Below, one piece after another: positions 39,601-50,660 of a stretch of 64,000 nucleotides of DNA. Position 1 is the first letter of the stretch, and each line of letters begins with the position of its first letter. Origin of the DNA: Paragordius varius (taxonomy: Eukaryota; Animalia; Nematomorpha); NCBI GenBank assembly GCA_964247055.1, contig OZ176050.1, positions 7,688,001 through 7,752,000 on the forward strand, written 5' to 3'. The position numbers and the translations under genes are program-made. A model generated the notes under the pieces. That model did not search any database and had not been told where the DNA came from. It was given only the letters and a program-made list of their open reading frames with translations.

Positions 39601-42600
39601 TTTAAAGACTTTATCGTTGCTATACCATTTACACTTCAAGAGTGTCCTTGAACAATTCAAGTTGGTCCTTGAACAATTCAAGTTGGTCCTTGAACAGTTC
39701 AAGTTGGTCCTTGAACAATTCAAGTTGGTCCTTGAACAATTCAAGTTGGTCCTTGAACTTTTTTGTTTTGTTTTTAACTTTTATCAATCAAATCGAAAAT
39801 AATTCGTCTATTTTATTGTTTTTAACCTATTTTCCATTATTTAACATAAATTTTAAATCGATATCAACTTTTAATCTTTGAAAAACCGTATATCTTTATT
39901 TTTTTCTTAAAATAAATTTAGATATTTATAAGATTTTAACACGAAATGAAAAAATATATAAGTTTTCTGGGTTATTTATTAAAATTTTTCATTAAAAACA
40001 TTTAAAAGTCAATAATTTTGTTCAATTGAAAAAAAAATAGTTTTAAACAAAAAAGTGGTTTAAGAAAAAAATTTATTTTTAAATGAAGAAATATATAATA
40101 AATAAAGAAAATTAGGTTAATAAATAATTAAATAAAAAAATAAATGCAAAAATTATGGTTAAATCAAAATTTATAAATTTTAAGGACCAACTTGAACTGT
40201 TCAAGGACCAACTTGAATTGTTCAAGGACCAACTTGAATTGTTCAAGGACCAACATTGTTCAAGGACCAACTTGAACTGTTCAAGGACCAACTTGAATTG
40301 TTCAAGGACCAACTTGAATTGTTCAAGGACACTCTTGAAGTGTAAATGGTATATATAAAAAATATAGCCAGCCATATCCCAAGAATTAGTAATTTGACTT
40401 CTGTGTCACGAAACACCACTGCGAACAATGTATCACAAAACACAAATGCACTAACATTTGTGCAATCTACAAATGTCAACACCCAATCGGGTATATTTGA
40501 ATTGAAATTATGTAGTCAAAAATTGGTATCAAATTTTTGATATTTTAGCAAGTACACATTTTTGATAGGTTTAAAACAGGGGTATTAAACACAGATATCT
40601 TTGATAATTTTTATTTATTTATTTTAAGCACAATTGGTTGATATATTTTCTAACTAATCGTACATTTTTGATTGAAATCCAATTTTTTATTTTTTCAACA
40701 TTTTTTATAGCACTTTTGCATACCACAAAAAGCGTGTTGAAAACTTTTGGTTTAAAAGAAAATAAATTAGAATTAAGTGTTTTTTATATCTAAAATTTAG
40801 TTTTAGAACCCCAAAGAAATAGCAATGCACAACAATTATCAAACGGACAATCATCCGAAATTTCTCGTCTTGGCCAAACTGATAAGTCTATATTTTTAAT
40901 AATTTTTCGACAATATAACAATAGAGAGCAAACTTTATTACGCGTGTAAATTAATCAATAAATATTTCATGTCTGTATAAATCTTAATCTTTATACCTCA
41001 TTATATATCACTTACTGATATAAAATAGATATTACAAAAAAATATATTTTTTATAATATAACCGATGGTTAAAGAATCTCATATTTTATAGCTTATTGAG
41101 GTTTAAACCTAAAAGTAATATTTTAAATTAATTATTGAAAAGTCTTTTAATTATATAAAATTGTTAAACTTATAAAAATAAATCACCCACGATTTGGTGT
41201 TGCATACAACATTGTTCATTGTTCAGTATTCAAAATTCAGTAGTTACTAAATTATACTGAACACAATATTTTATTTTTATATCAATCAATTTTTTCCGTT
41301 TTTTAGTTTAATCTCATTTTCTCAAGTTTTGGGAACGGATATAACTACCGCTTTAATGGATAGCTTTATATCTCACCCATTACTTTTGAGGGAAAATCAC
41401 AATGGAACAATGCAACAAGGACAAAACAATACTCATAACGAAAACCCTGCATCCGCAAATAGCATTTTTATGCAAAGTTTTGTTGATGGTAATAAAAATA
41501 TTTGCTCTTGAAAATATTTGATCAAAATAGTGAACGTATTTTCCATAAACATGTTAATTTTCAAGTTTTTTCTAGATGATTAATTTAAAATGCAGCAATT
41601 TGATGCACATTTATTTGTTGCTTTTATAGATATTTTAGGTGGGTTAATCGATGATATGACACTTGTGGATGGGTCAGAAAGAAGAGATAATCCCAATAAC
41701 GTAAATGTTAATATGTCCTTAAGCAATCGCAATATTGAAGGGGAAGGGTCATCCACTAATACAACATCGGTTCTTTCCTCATTGCTGCAATCAAGCGATG
41801 CATTGCGTAGCGCTTTGCGAAACCTTATAATACTTGATGATGAGGAAAATGAGTAAAGCATCGTTATAATTTTTTAAAGATAAGTTTTATATCAAGATAT
41901 ATTTTAATTGATTGTCAAGATTATTTAACAGAATATATTATCTTATTAAATATTTTCACGATATTGAATTTTTGAACATTAAAGATATTTATGGTTATTA
42001 ATAATCTTATTTCATCCAATTTGGCTTAAAAATACTATAAATAAATCAGCGTAAAGTTTTATTTTACCAAATACTTGATTTGGCAATTAATAACTTTATA
42101 ATCTTTCCTAAACCATATTTTATATGATTAAACTTGAAATAATAACCGATTTTTCGATTCCTTTTTTTGCAAATTTACTCTGTTTGAAATAGAAGTTTTA
42201 AGGTATTGATAACAATAATAATTTGATCATATTAGTCCTTCCACATCTTCTGCTTACGCTTCCCACAATCAATCCGGCCAATCGACGACGACAACAAATC
42301 AATCAAATGCATCAATTTTGCCTTTGGTTGCAGGAAACGATGTATCATCTGAGTTAAGGTTTAATTCACTTCTTTCGGCATTTGGTGGATCACCTCCCCT
42401 AACTAATACTCAATTCGATCATCCCCCCAGTGATAATAGGGTAAAGGATAGCATTTCATATAACCACACATTTATTTGAAGCTAAAATGTTGAGAAATAA
42501 AATACATTACGTACGAAAATATTTATAATTTGAAACTATAACTATAAAATTGTTAAGTTATTAACTACCAATTATTGTCAACGTTTTAATTATTTGTATA

Positions 42601-45600
42601 AATATATTCATGAGAATGTATCTCTTTAAATGCTTGATTGGTATTACTTTTTTTGGTTATGAAAAATATACAATTTAGAGAATCTTTTTTCCATTCACGA
42701 AAAGATAAGTTAAATTGTATCAGGACTGAAAAGAATGTTTTTGATTTTAAAATATTAAAATTATCTATACATTTTAACACATTAAAACAATTAATGTTGA
42801 GTTTTATTTCTATATACTTTGAAGAAATAAAAATTATCTTAACCTCTCTATTTCAATCAGATATATAGTGCTCACATACTTATTTTACATATTTAGCCAA
42901 AAACAAGCAGGAAATATACTAGTAGTGCATTATCACGGGCAAACGCTCTCAAACGAAGACCTCCTATTGTACCACATTTGATACCACCACCACTTCAATG
43001 GCAAAGTCGCCCACGCAATAATCAGTAAAGCGTTTTATAATAAATTGATTCTGGATGATTTACAGTGGATGCCACCTCAAAATGAGATGCGCTTTTTTAA
43101 GAAACACCGCCTATAAACTATTGATCATTTTTATTATAGTTTAAAGTTGAAAACATCTTTCCGCGCACTTATTAGTATGTGGTTATTCTGGAACATTTTC
43201 AATGAGTTAATTAATAAAATAATTTATCATTTATATATATAATATTTAACATAAAACCGACAATTAAATTCATTTTTTTTCTTCTAAAGTCATAATACGG
43301 AGGAATTGAGCTATGTATTATCCCATTTCCGTCAATATGAGATGAGGTTCAAATTAATTAAATAGCTTTTTCAATATCACTGTTTTTTATATAGAAGTAT
43401 TCGCCAATTTTTCAATACTAGTGCAAATAGCAGTTTAAGGCCATCAAATCCTTCTAATAACTTAAACATAACTGCCAACAATAGGGACAAAAGCAAAATC
43501 CCTGCGAATCGTAAAGTTGGACATTTTGGGAAAAGTTCTCGAAGTAAAAACATCTTATTATAAAAAATGATTATTTATATTTTAAATGTTACATTATAAT
43601 ATACTATACAGGTAGTGACCAATTATTTGCTGTAAACGACAACCATAACAATGGAAATACAACCACCAATAATAATAATAATAACTTTCAATCAAGATTG
43701 ATAGCTAATCAAAACCAAATTCTCTTGATACCAAATGATACCTCAACACAAAGGATTAATGCAAACAACATTGCAAAGTAATATATATATATATATATAT
43801 GAAAGTCATATGTAAAAATCCCACGTCAAATATTTATGTTTTATTGATGAGTTCTGTTAACGAGCCCGAATTGACTGGAGTTTTCACATATCACTTATGT
43901 TTTCAGTTTATTTCGTTAAATTAATTACTATTATATAACCAAATTTACTATTTATATATCGGATAATTATAATTTAAATTCTTTTAAAATTTATTTCATA
44001 TTTCGATACATAACAGTCTCTCTTTCAAATAAAAAAATAAATGTAATGTGTAATCACTTATTATTTTATTTTTTATTTATCGAAAAAGATACCATCATAA
44101 GCTATCGAAAATTCTGGATATATAGTTTAGTTTAAATCAATTTTGCATGTCGAAATCAAACTATCTATATTACATAGAATATTCGTTTTTTGTTAACAAA
44201 ATACATATGGTATTAAAATATTTATCTAAATATCAAATTAATATACAATCACAATACTATTAGTTCGAATCTGAAAAAGGGGATAATCATATTCCCGATT
44301 ATATAAATGATTATAAATTATCTGTAAAAATATGCAATACCGTAAAACGATTCCCAATAAATAGATCATACATTGGTTTTTGGTATAATTTTTTTTTTAC
44401 ATAAAATATGAAGTTGTAATGTTTTATATTATTGTTGCAAAACAGTAACAGTGATGATGGAATGACCGCTAATGAAATAAATTTTATTGACGAAACTAAC
44501 GATGACAACGATGACGACCTTGACGAAAGCGAAAGTGAAACTCAAAGTGATAATGATGAAGAAATTAGTCAAGATGAACAATCTAACACAACCTCAGCCG
44601 ATGAATATAAAGTCGTGCATTCCAATGAAAATGGTATGAAGGATTGGTTTTTTTTGGTTATTTTTAACGTGTTCTAAAGGAGAAATTTGTTTAGTTTTTT
44701 AACGTACATTCCTGTGCTAGCTATGTAAAAGATGCTCCCTACTGTTTTAGTATTTTTACAAATTTTGATGGTAAATTTTGTATATTATCCATGACATAAA
44801 AATGAGTGATTGATTTGTTTTTAACGTGTTCTAAGAGAGAGAGAGATTAGTTTAGTTTTTTAGCGTACATTCCTGTGCTAGCAATGTCTTCCTTTTTAAT
44901 ATTTTTTACAAATTTCATCGTAAATTTTGTATATTATCTATAATATAAATATGAGTGATTGATTTTGACGTGTTCTAAGAGAGAGAATAGTTTAGTTTTT
45001 TAGCGTACATTCTTGTGCTAGCAATGTCTTACTTTTTAATACTTACAAATTTCATGGTAAATTTTTTATATCATCTATAACATAAATATGAATGATTGAT
45101 TTGTTTCATAGTTTTATCAATCATAATTTAGATTATGACGATGGATCTAATAGTAGACCTCCAAATTCCAAAATTGTCTTAAAAAAGAAAATGAATAATT
45201 TTAATGAATCAAGCAATATAGATAACTATGAAACGGATGATGGGACACAAGGCGAAGATTTAGATATCCAATTAGATGCCGAATCTTACAGCAGTGAAGT
45301 TGAAACATTTGCTAATGAGGGTTTCAAACATATTAAATTTTCTGAAAAATATTTTTCTCAAGTGTTTTATTAATCTGTATGATTTTTTGCTATAATATAG
45401 TTTTCCGGATTAAAGGTTCGCTAAAATTATTTTGGGGTAAATGGTCAAACCCTTTTTTGTTAGGATGATATATAAAAGTTTGTTATATATATAATTTTTT
45501 TATACTTAACCTTGTGCATGGAGGTTACGAGAACATTTTACATAAATACAAATTATATTTTGTTTTATATTTACGAAAGTATAGATATAAATCTATTAAT

Positions 45601-48600
45601 CATAATTGCTAACTATTTTAAATTAATTATTGTATTATATATTTACATGGTATCGATTAATGAATTAATAAAAAGTAATGTTTATATGAAATATATATTT
45701 TTTCCTCAACTATTTTTGTGAATAGAAGAGCCATCCTCATCCACCATGTATGAAAAATCACAATCTAAAAATCATTCCGCAAAGCACAAATCAAGTTTTA
45801 TATATATTTTTATATCTTAACATTCACTATTTTTTGGCATTTTCATTAATTTTTAAACTACCAAATTATAATTACAATAGAAAATGGTAAAAAATCCCAA
45901 TTTAAATGGCCTATCCTTGAAAGCCCTAATCTTGATTACAATGTCTATTATCCTACACAAACCCGATCAAAAATGGTAAACATTTATAAAAATCTGAAAT
46001 TTTAACATTGATAATATTATTTTATAATTTATATATTTAATTTTTATATAAAATTAGCGACAAAAGTTAAATGAAAATTTTAATCTGATTTTACAAAAAC
46101 ACAAAACTATGGATGTCCATGATCTTGAAATCAATACATCAAATATTGATTCTTCGACTGAAATGATTACAGCGCAATGGGATCCCAATAAAAATGCCCT
46201 TTTTACAACTAGGTATATAAACCATTGAATTAGTTAATCATTTTAACTGCTAATGAATGTTGATGGAATATATACCCACAAACCTAAAACCAATCTTAAA
46301 TAAGTTTTTATAGAAATAATTTATTTGTAAAATTACACAAGAATATACAATGTTTTTAATTTTTGTGCCATTATTTTAAGTATATTTTTATAACGTGAAA
46401 CGGTTAAACCCGACCCTAGGAATCAATTAAAATGTTTTTAATTTTCAGGTTTATCATAGCCTTTATAATTTTATAATAATCCTTCCAACTCAATCTCGCG
46501 TTAGATATTTTTCGGTAAAGCGCATTGCTTTAAATAATTTTTTTAGGTACAAATAATATTGAGTTAAAACGATAATTATCTTAATATTTTATACATATAC
46601 TTAGGTTGTCCTACTCAACAGAAAATTACCTGTTGTATTATATAATTTTCATTATCAAAAGAAAAAAGACATGAACTCTATTTTCATTTTTAATAAAATA
46701 TAAGTTTAAGCGTTTAATATATTAGTAATAGAAATTGTTTGATCCTACATTAAAAGCAATTTTCCAGGAATATCTATCGCATTTAAAATTTCTGCATTCA
46801 AACCTAATTCTGCATTTAGAAATTAATCTCCAATTTGATGAGTTATATGAATGGCGTCATCATTTTAAAAAAGTTGTGATTGAGCCTGTTCCTACATTTT
46901 CAGGATTATACTTGTATACGCTTTTAAAAATTCTAAGTTTAGTTTTAAATCAAATACATTTTTTCTATAATTTTATTCGAGAAAAAATTTTTACCCGTTG
47001 ATACAAACGATTTAAAAACCTTGGTCGGAACATTTAGTTTCTTCCATGCCCATTTCTGCTAATTTTAGCAAATTATGGTTAACCTTTACATCAAAAGATC
47101 AAATAACCCTAATTCATCTAAATTTGCTAAAATTATTTAAATTTATACATGTAAGCATATTATATGCTATTTATTGTTTTAATTAGATACTTTGATGATG
47201 TATTGGATGATAACAAAATATCTAGCGATCCTCTCAAAAGTTCTCCACTCAAAGATATGAATAAGAGGAGGTATCGCACAAAATCATTATCAACATCCAA
47301 TAAAAATAGTACAATCAACCATAATACTCAATTACTTCTGAATGTATTTCTTACTTCCTTGACCGCACCTCTCGACAAATTGATGCCACTAAAGTACAAT
47401 CGAATATTAATTGATTTCTTTTACCTTGAAACGTAGAGAATCAATTTACAAAATGCAAAAACGGGAATAATTTTTTATTTAAGCAAATTTGTTCGAAACA
47501 ATGCACACACAATTGTTATATATATTTGATTTTGAGTGATGATAGTATTGGTTTTAAAAATTTTGTTTACATTTGAAACCAAACCAAATTATTTTAGAAA
47601 TAACAGAGCTCCACCCTTTTTGATATTATTATTTGATTTCGGCCATTCATGAGATAAAAATATTTGCAAATATTGGATCTATGCGTCCTATATACAATTT
47701 CAAAATTAGTCACAGTCTCAGGCAAAACGATGCCATACAAAAACTGTTAAAATTGTTAATAATACTCATGAATCAATTGTTTTTTAAAATAACGCAACTT
47801 TTAAGATATATCAATTATTATTTACATTTTTATTTACTAAAATGTTGAGTAACAAATCATCCATTTTTAATTTTGTTCAAAATAAGATCATTCTCGTTTA
47901 GCCGAAAACTTTGTACCTAATTCAAAATAAAAAAGCATCCAACCTTTGTTAAAAAACTTTATATTGACTATTTGGATTTTAGTTACATTATTAAATGACC
48001 TCATTTCCTTAACTATTTGTCCATTTTTTTTATTATCTAAAAAATATTTTACATAATTTATAAGTATATAATGGTTATGCATCCCAATTTGGGTATCTAT
48101 CTCTATAAATTTTATTTAGACTTCAAGATCCAGTATTAAAATCAAAATCTTCCACACATTTGTATGACAATCAAAGGATTCTATCCACAAAAATTGAATC
48201 AAAATCTGCAAATACTCTCAATGCGAGGCGTCAATTACCATCAATTACCCGTAAATCAAAGTCAAACACCGATACTTCGAAGGTTTTTCTTTAAGTCTTG
48301 ATTAACCACTTTATGCAAATTATTTAATTAATGAATAATTATTTTATTGCCTTTCATTGTTTGGCTTTATGTTAATGATGAAAAATTCTTTCCCTAATGA
48401 TTAAAAATATTTTAGTAGTTCTTCATTATTGTCAAGCACCTAATAGAAATATTGGCTAAAAAGAAGAAAAAGCGAAAAAATACTCATTTTTTTTAATTCA
48501 TTAAGTATGAGCCAATTGTACCCTTTACTGGATAAATGAAAAATTAGATATCTAGTTTTGCTCAATCTTTATGTTAATACTTATATACTTTTTCGGCGAT

Positions 48601-49704
48601 TCGTCATTATTTAGTGGCACACCATTCTGCATTTCTCTACGCATTGTGAAATTTTATGATAATATATTATTATAAAATATTTTTTAATTTATTTTAGACA
48701 TTGGTATCTAAACCACCTATTTATTCACATACTCCTAAACGATCTGCTACATTAAGCAACCCCAACGAAACTGATAATAAAGTAGCGTTCACACACGAAA
48801 ATCGCAAAATATCAGGCAAACCACCATTTGTAACAGGGTATGAAACAAAAATATCGCTAATTAATTAATTATTTAACAACCAACGCTAATTGTAATGAAT
48901 CGGGATCGCAATCGTAAATTCTGAAAAAACATATCTTCATTTTAAACCCCTTTTTCAATTTTATATGCAAATGTACATAAAAATTTTTTTTTTGAAAAAG
49001 AAGCTCACAATAAATCTTTTAGTGTACATGTTATCAATATAAAGATTATCTCTAATATAAATGGCGGAAACAATTTATCGAAAATTGGAGATAAAACTAT
49101 TTTAATTCATCTTTGTAACCGTAATTTTGATATTACTGTTAATTTAAATATATATGAAAGTAAAACAAGAAAATTTGACTCCCGGAACCAAAAATAGTTT
49201 TGGTAATTTTTAACCTAATAAAATTGGCGATGTTTTTAAGTTGGTGAATACATTGATACATAAAGTGTGCATATACTTTGATATAAATAAGTATCAATGA
49301 CATAATTTTTGAAAATGCCGAATTGCCTCTCACAATTGGCGATTTTTAAATCGATGATTCCAGTTTGATTTCACCTTCTTATAAACTAAGTAGTTGTGAG
49401 TATTTTTGACCAAATGAGCCAAAAATTATAATAAAAATATATTTGAAAATTTTTAATGATAATTAAAAGGTAGTTTTACCTTTCAAAGGGCCGTTAGCGG
49501 ATGAGCCATGCATTGACTATCGGAATCATAAAAAACATTAATATTAACTTATTTAATACCTTAATATAATCATAATTATTTAATGCATAAAAGTCATATA
49601 TAATTTATAGGTCAACCACACAATCGGCTACTACTAAACCATGTCGTGTATTAAGTGTTAAAGGACGACTCATCAAACAAACTAAAGATTTATCTCTTCG
49701 TTAG
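36645..49704 (+). CDS. KCMF1: E3 ubiquitin ligase KCMF1 (ZZ zinc finger + C2H2/Di19-type fingers) with a long low-complexity C-terminal extension, ~22 exons, ~1000 aa
   Basis: Spliced N-terminus MSKHQ|GVSCDNCQKNNFFGRRYKCLICSNYDLCSECY...HPMLCILT..D..FGGE..YVCPYCG..GLTE..LINHV..ICPICA..PN..VNDLIAHYNAEH matches KCMF1. Exons 36645-36660, 36684-36806, 36858-36944, 36990-37126, 37192-37279, 38833-38892, then approximately 39095, 40368, 41327, 41639, 42237, 42897, 43618, 44446, 45132, 45727, 45882, 46059, 47187, 48120, 48699 and 49611-49704 (TAG). Phases chain consistently, but the 3' exons are less certain. Confidence 0.88.
37480..38460. repeat. Diverged inverted-repeat (MITE-like) element in a KCMF1 intron
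   Basis: GGCGGTAAAAATTTGAGATTAGG (~37601) vs CCTCATCTCAAACTTTACCGCC (~38250), plus other inverted blocks. Ends approximate. Confidence 0.5.
39621..40353. mobile_element. Foldback-type MITE with 21-bp subterminal tandem repeats
   Basis: Long TIR TATACCATTTACACTTCAAGAGTGTCCTTGAAC at both ends. About 5-6 copies of GTCCTTGAACAATTCAAGTTG on the left and about 7 inverted copies on the right. TA at both junctions. Confidence 0.92.
44634..45131 (+). repeat. Three tandem ~150-bp repeats filling a KCMF1 intron
   Basis: ACGTGTTCTAA...GTACATTCCTGTGCTAGC...GTAAATTTTGTATAT...GAGTGATTGAT recurs at 44667, 44824 and 44968 (periods 157 and 144). Confidence 0.9.
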
Positions 49705-49820
49705 CTAAATGATAAGGAGCAATAACTTTATTCAATGTATATACTAGTCACAATGTGAAATATTAATACTCGCTTCAAATGATCAATGTATTAGTGTGAA
49801 TAAATAAATGCTAATTATTA

Positions 49821-50021
49821 TTAATTTTTGTCTGTTTTTTTCAAATATGATATAACTTCCATATTTGCACTTTTCCATTTTTTGTGTCTGAATTGGTATT
49901 GTACCATTGATATTACCATAGCTCCAAAAATTAAGGAAGCGCAGAGGATAAGAGGCGCTTTTGAATGCTTATATTTTTGGGATGTTTTGATGTATCCATA
50001 TTTTTTAGGAACAAAATCCAT
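49821..50021 (-). CDS. Small single-pass membrane protein (66 aa), family not recognised
   Basis: MDFVPKKYGYIKTSQKYKHSKAPLILCASLIFGAMVISMVQYQFRHKKW...: basic N-terminus and one hydrophobic helix. Strong start context (G at -3 and +4). Minus-strand AATAAA at 49732-49727. Confidence 0.6.
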   Translation of the reverse strand: MDFVPKKYGYIKTSQKYKHSKAPLILCASLIFGAMVISMVQYQFRHKKWKSANMEVISYLKKTDKN

Positions 50022-50152
50022 TACTCCACAGACTTTATTTTTGATTGTTTGGTTTTAATTTCTTCAATAATTGGCTTCCAGGAATATAGACCACTAGCTA
50101 TACCAAGGAGCGAAACAACAATAAATTTTCTTCTCAAAATATATTTTATCAT
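50021..50152 (-). CDS. PIGBOS1: PIGBOS1-like microprotein (43 aa), below the ORF-track length cutoff
   Basis: MIKYILRRKFIVVSLLGIASGLYSWKPIIEEIKTKQSKIKSVE* resembles recalled PIGBOS1 (MFRRL..[23 protein letters not shown]): RR, LGIAxGxY, then xxP. The symbol is tentative. Confidence 0.6.
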   Translation of the reverse strand: MIKYILRRKFIVVSLLGIASGLYSWKPIIEEIKTKQSKIKSVE

Positions 50153-50660
50153 ATGTTTAACCTTGCGTTATATCCAGGTAGATTGTGGTCGGCTCATCAG
50201 CAATGTCCACTTGTTAGCTTAGGCTATGTTTTTCGTTGACAATGACAATAGCACGGGGTACACCCCTTCGTACAATTGGTGAACCAATCGTCAGAGTACC
50301 GTGAACTATATAAGTATAGGGAAAAAACTTTTATAACCTTTTCTAGTAAAATTTTTATGATTGCAAATGTTTGGATATATATGTATGTATAAATAATATT
50401 ATTATGATTTAATTTTTTTACCGTAAGTTAGTGTAATTGTTTAAATAAGAAAATCATAAAATCGGTAAACATCAATAGGAAATATAACATGATGAGAGTA
50501 TTTAATAAATGGCACACTGTGTAATAATAATATAAATATAACACATATTTCTACATATAAAACCATGATTAACCATAATTTTAATTATTGAAAATTAAGA
50601 TTATCCTTATAAAAAACTTAACATCTATTTTTATCATTCATCTATTCTCATGATTATCAT
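50153..50660. promoter_or_regulatory. Putative bidirectional promoter / 5' UTR region between the microprotein pair and the ASB gene
   Basis: Inferred from the head-to-head start codons ~510 bp apart. No specific motif identified. Confidence 0.35.

Noticed and set aside
39617-40482. ORFs with LEQFKLV / LNNSSWS heptad repeats, and a CRISPR-like look to the 21-bp array
   Set aside because: They are translations of the stop-free 21-bp tandem repeat of a MITE. There are no unique spacers and no cas genes, and the context is eukaryotic.
50185-50300. Hammerhead-core-like CUGAUGAG (50200-50193) and CUGACGA (50294-50288) on the minus strand, and a SECIS-like AUGA on +
   Set aside because: No correctly placed GAAA, stem III or NUH site could be built, and there is no SECIS apical AA loop or GA quartet geometry.
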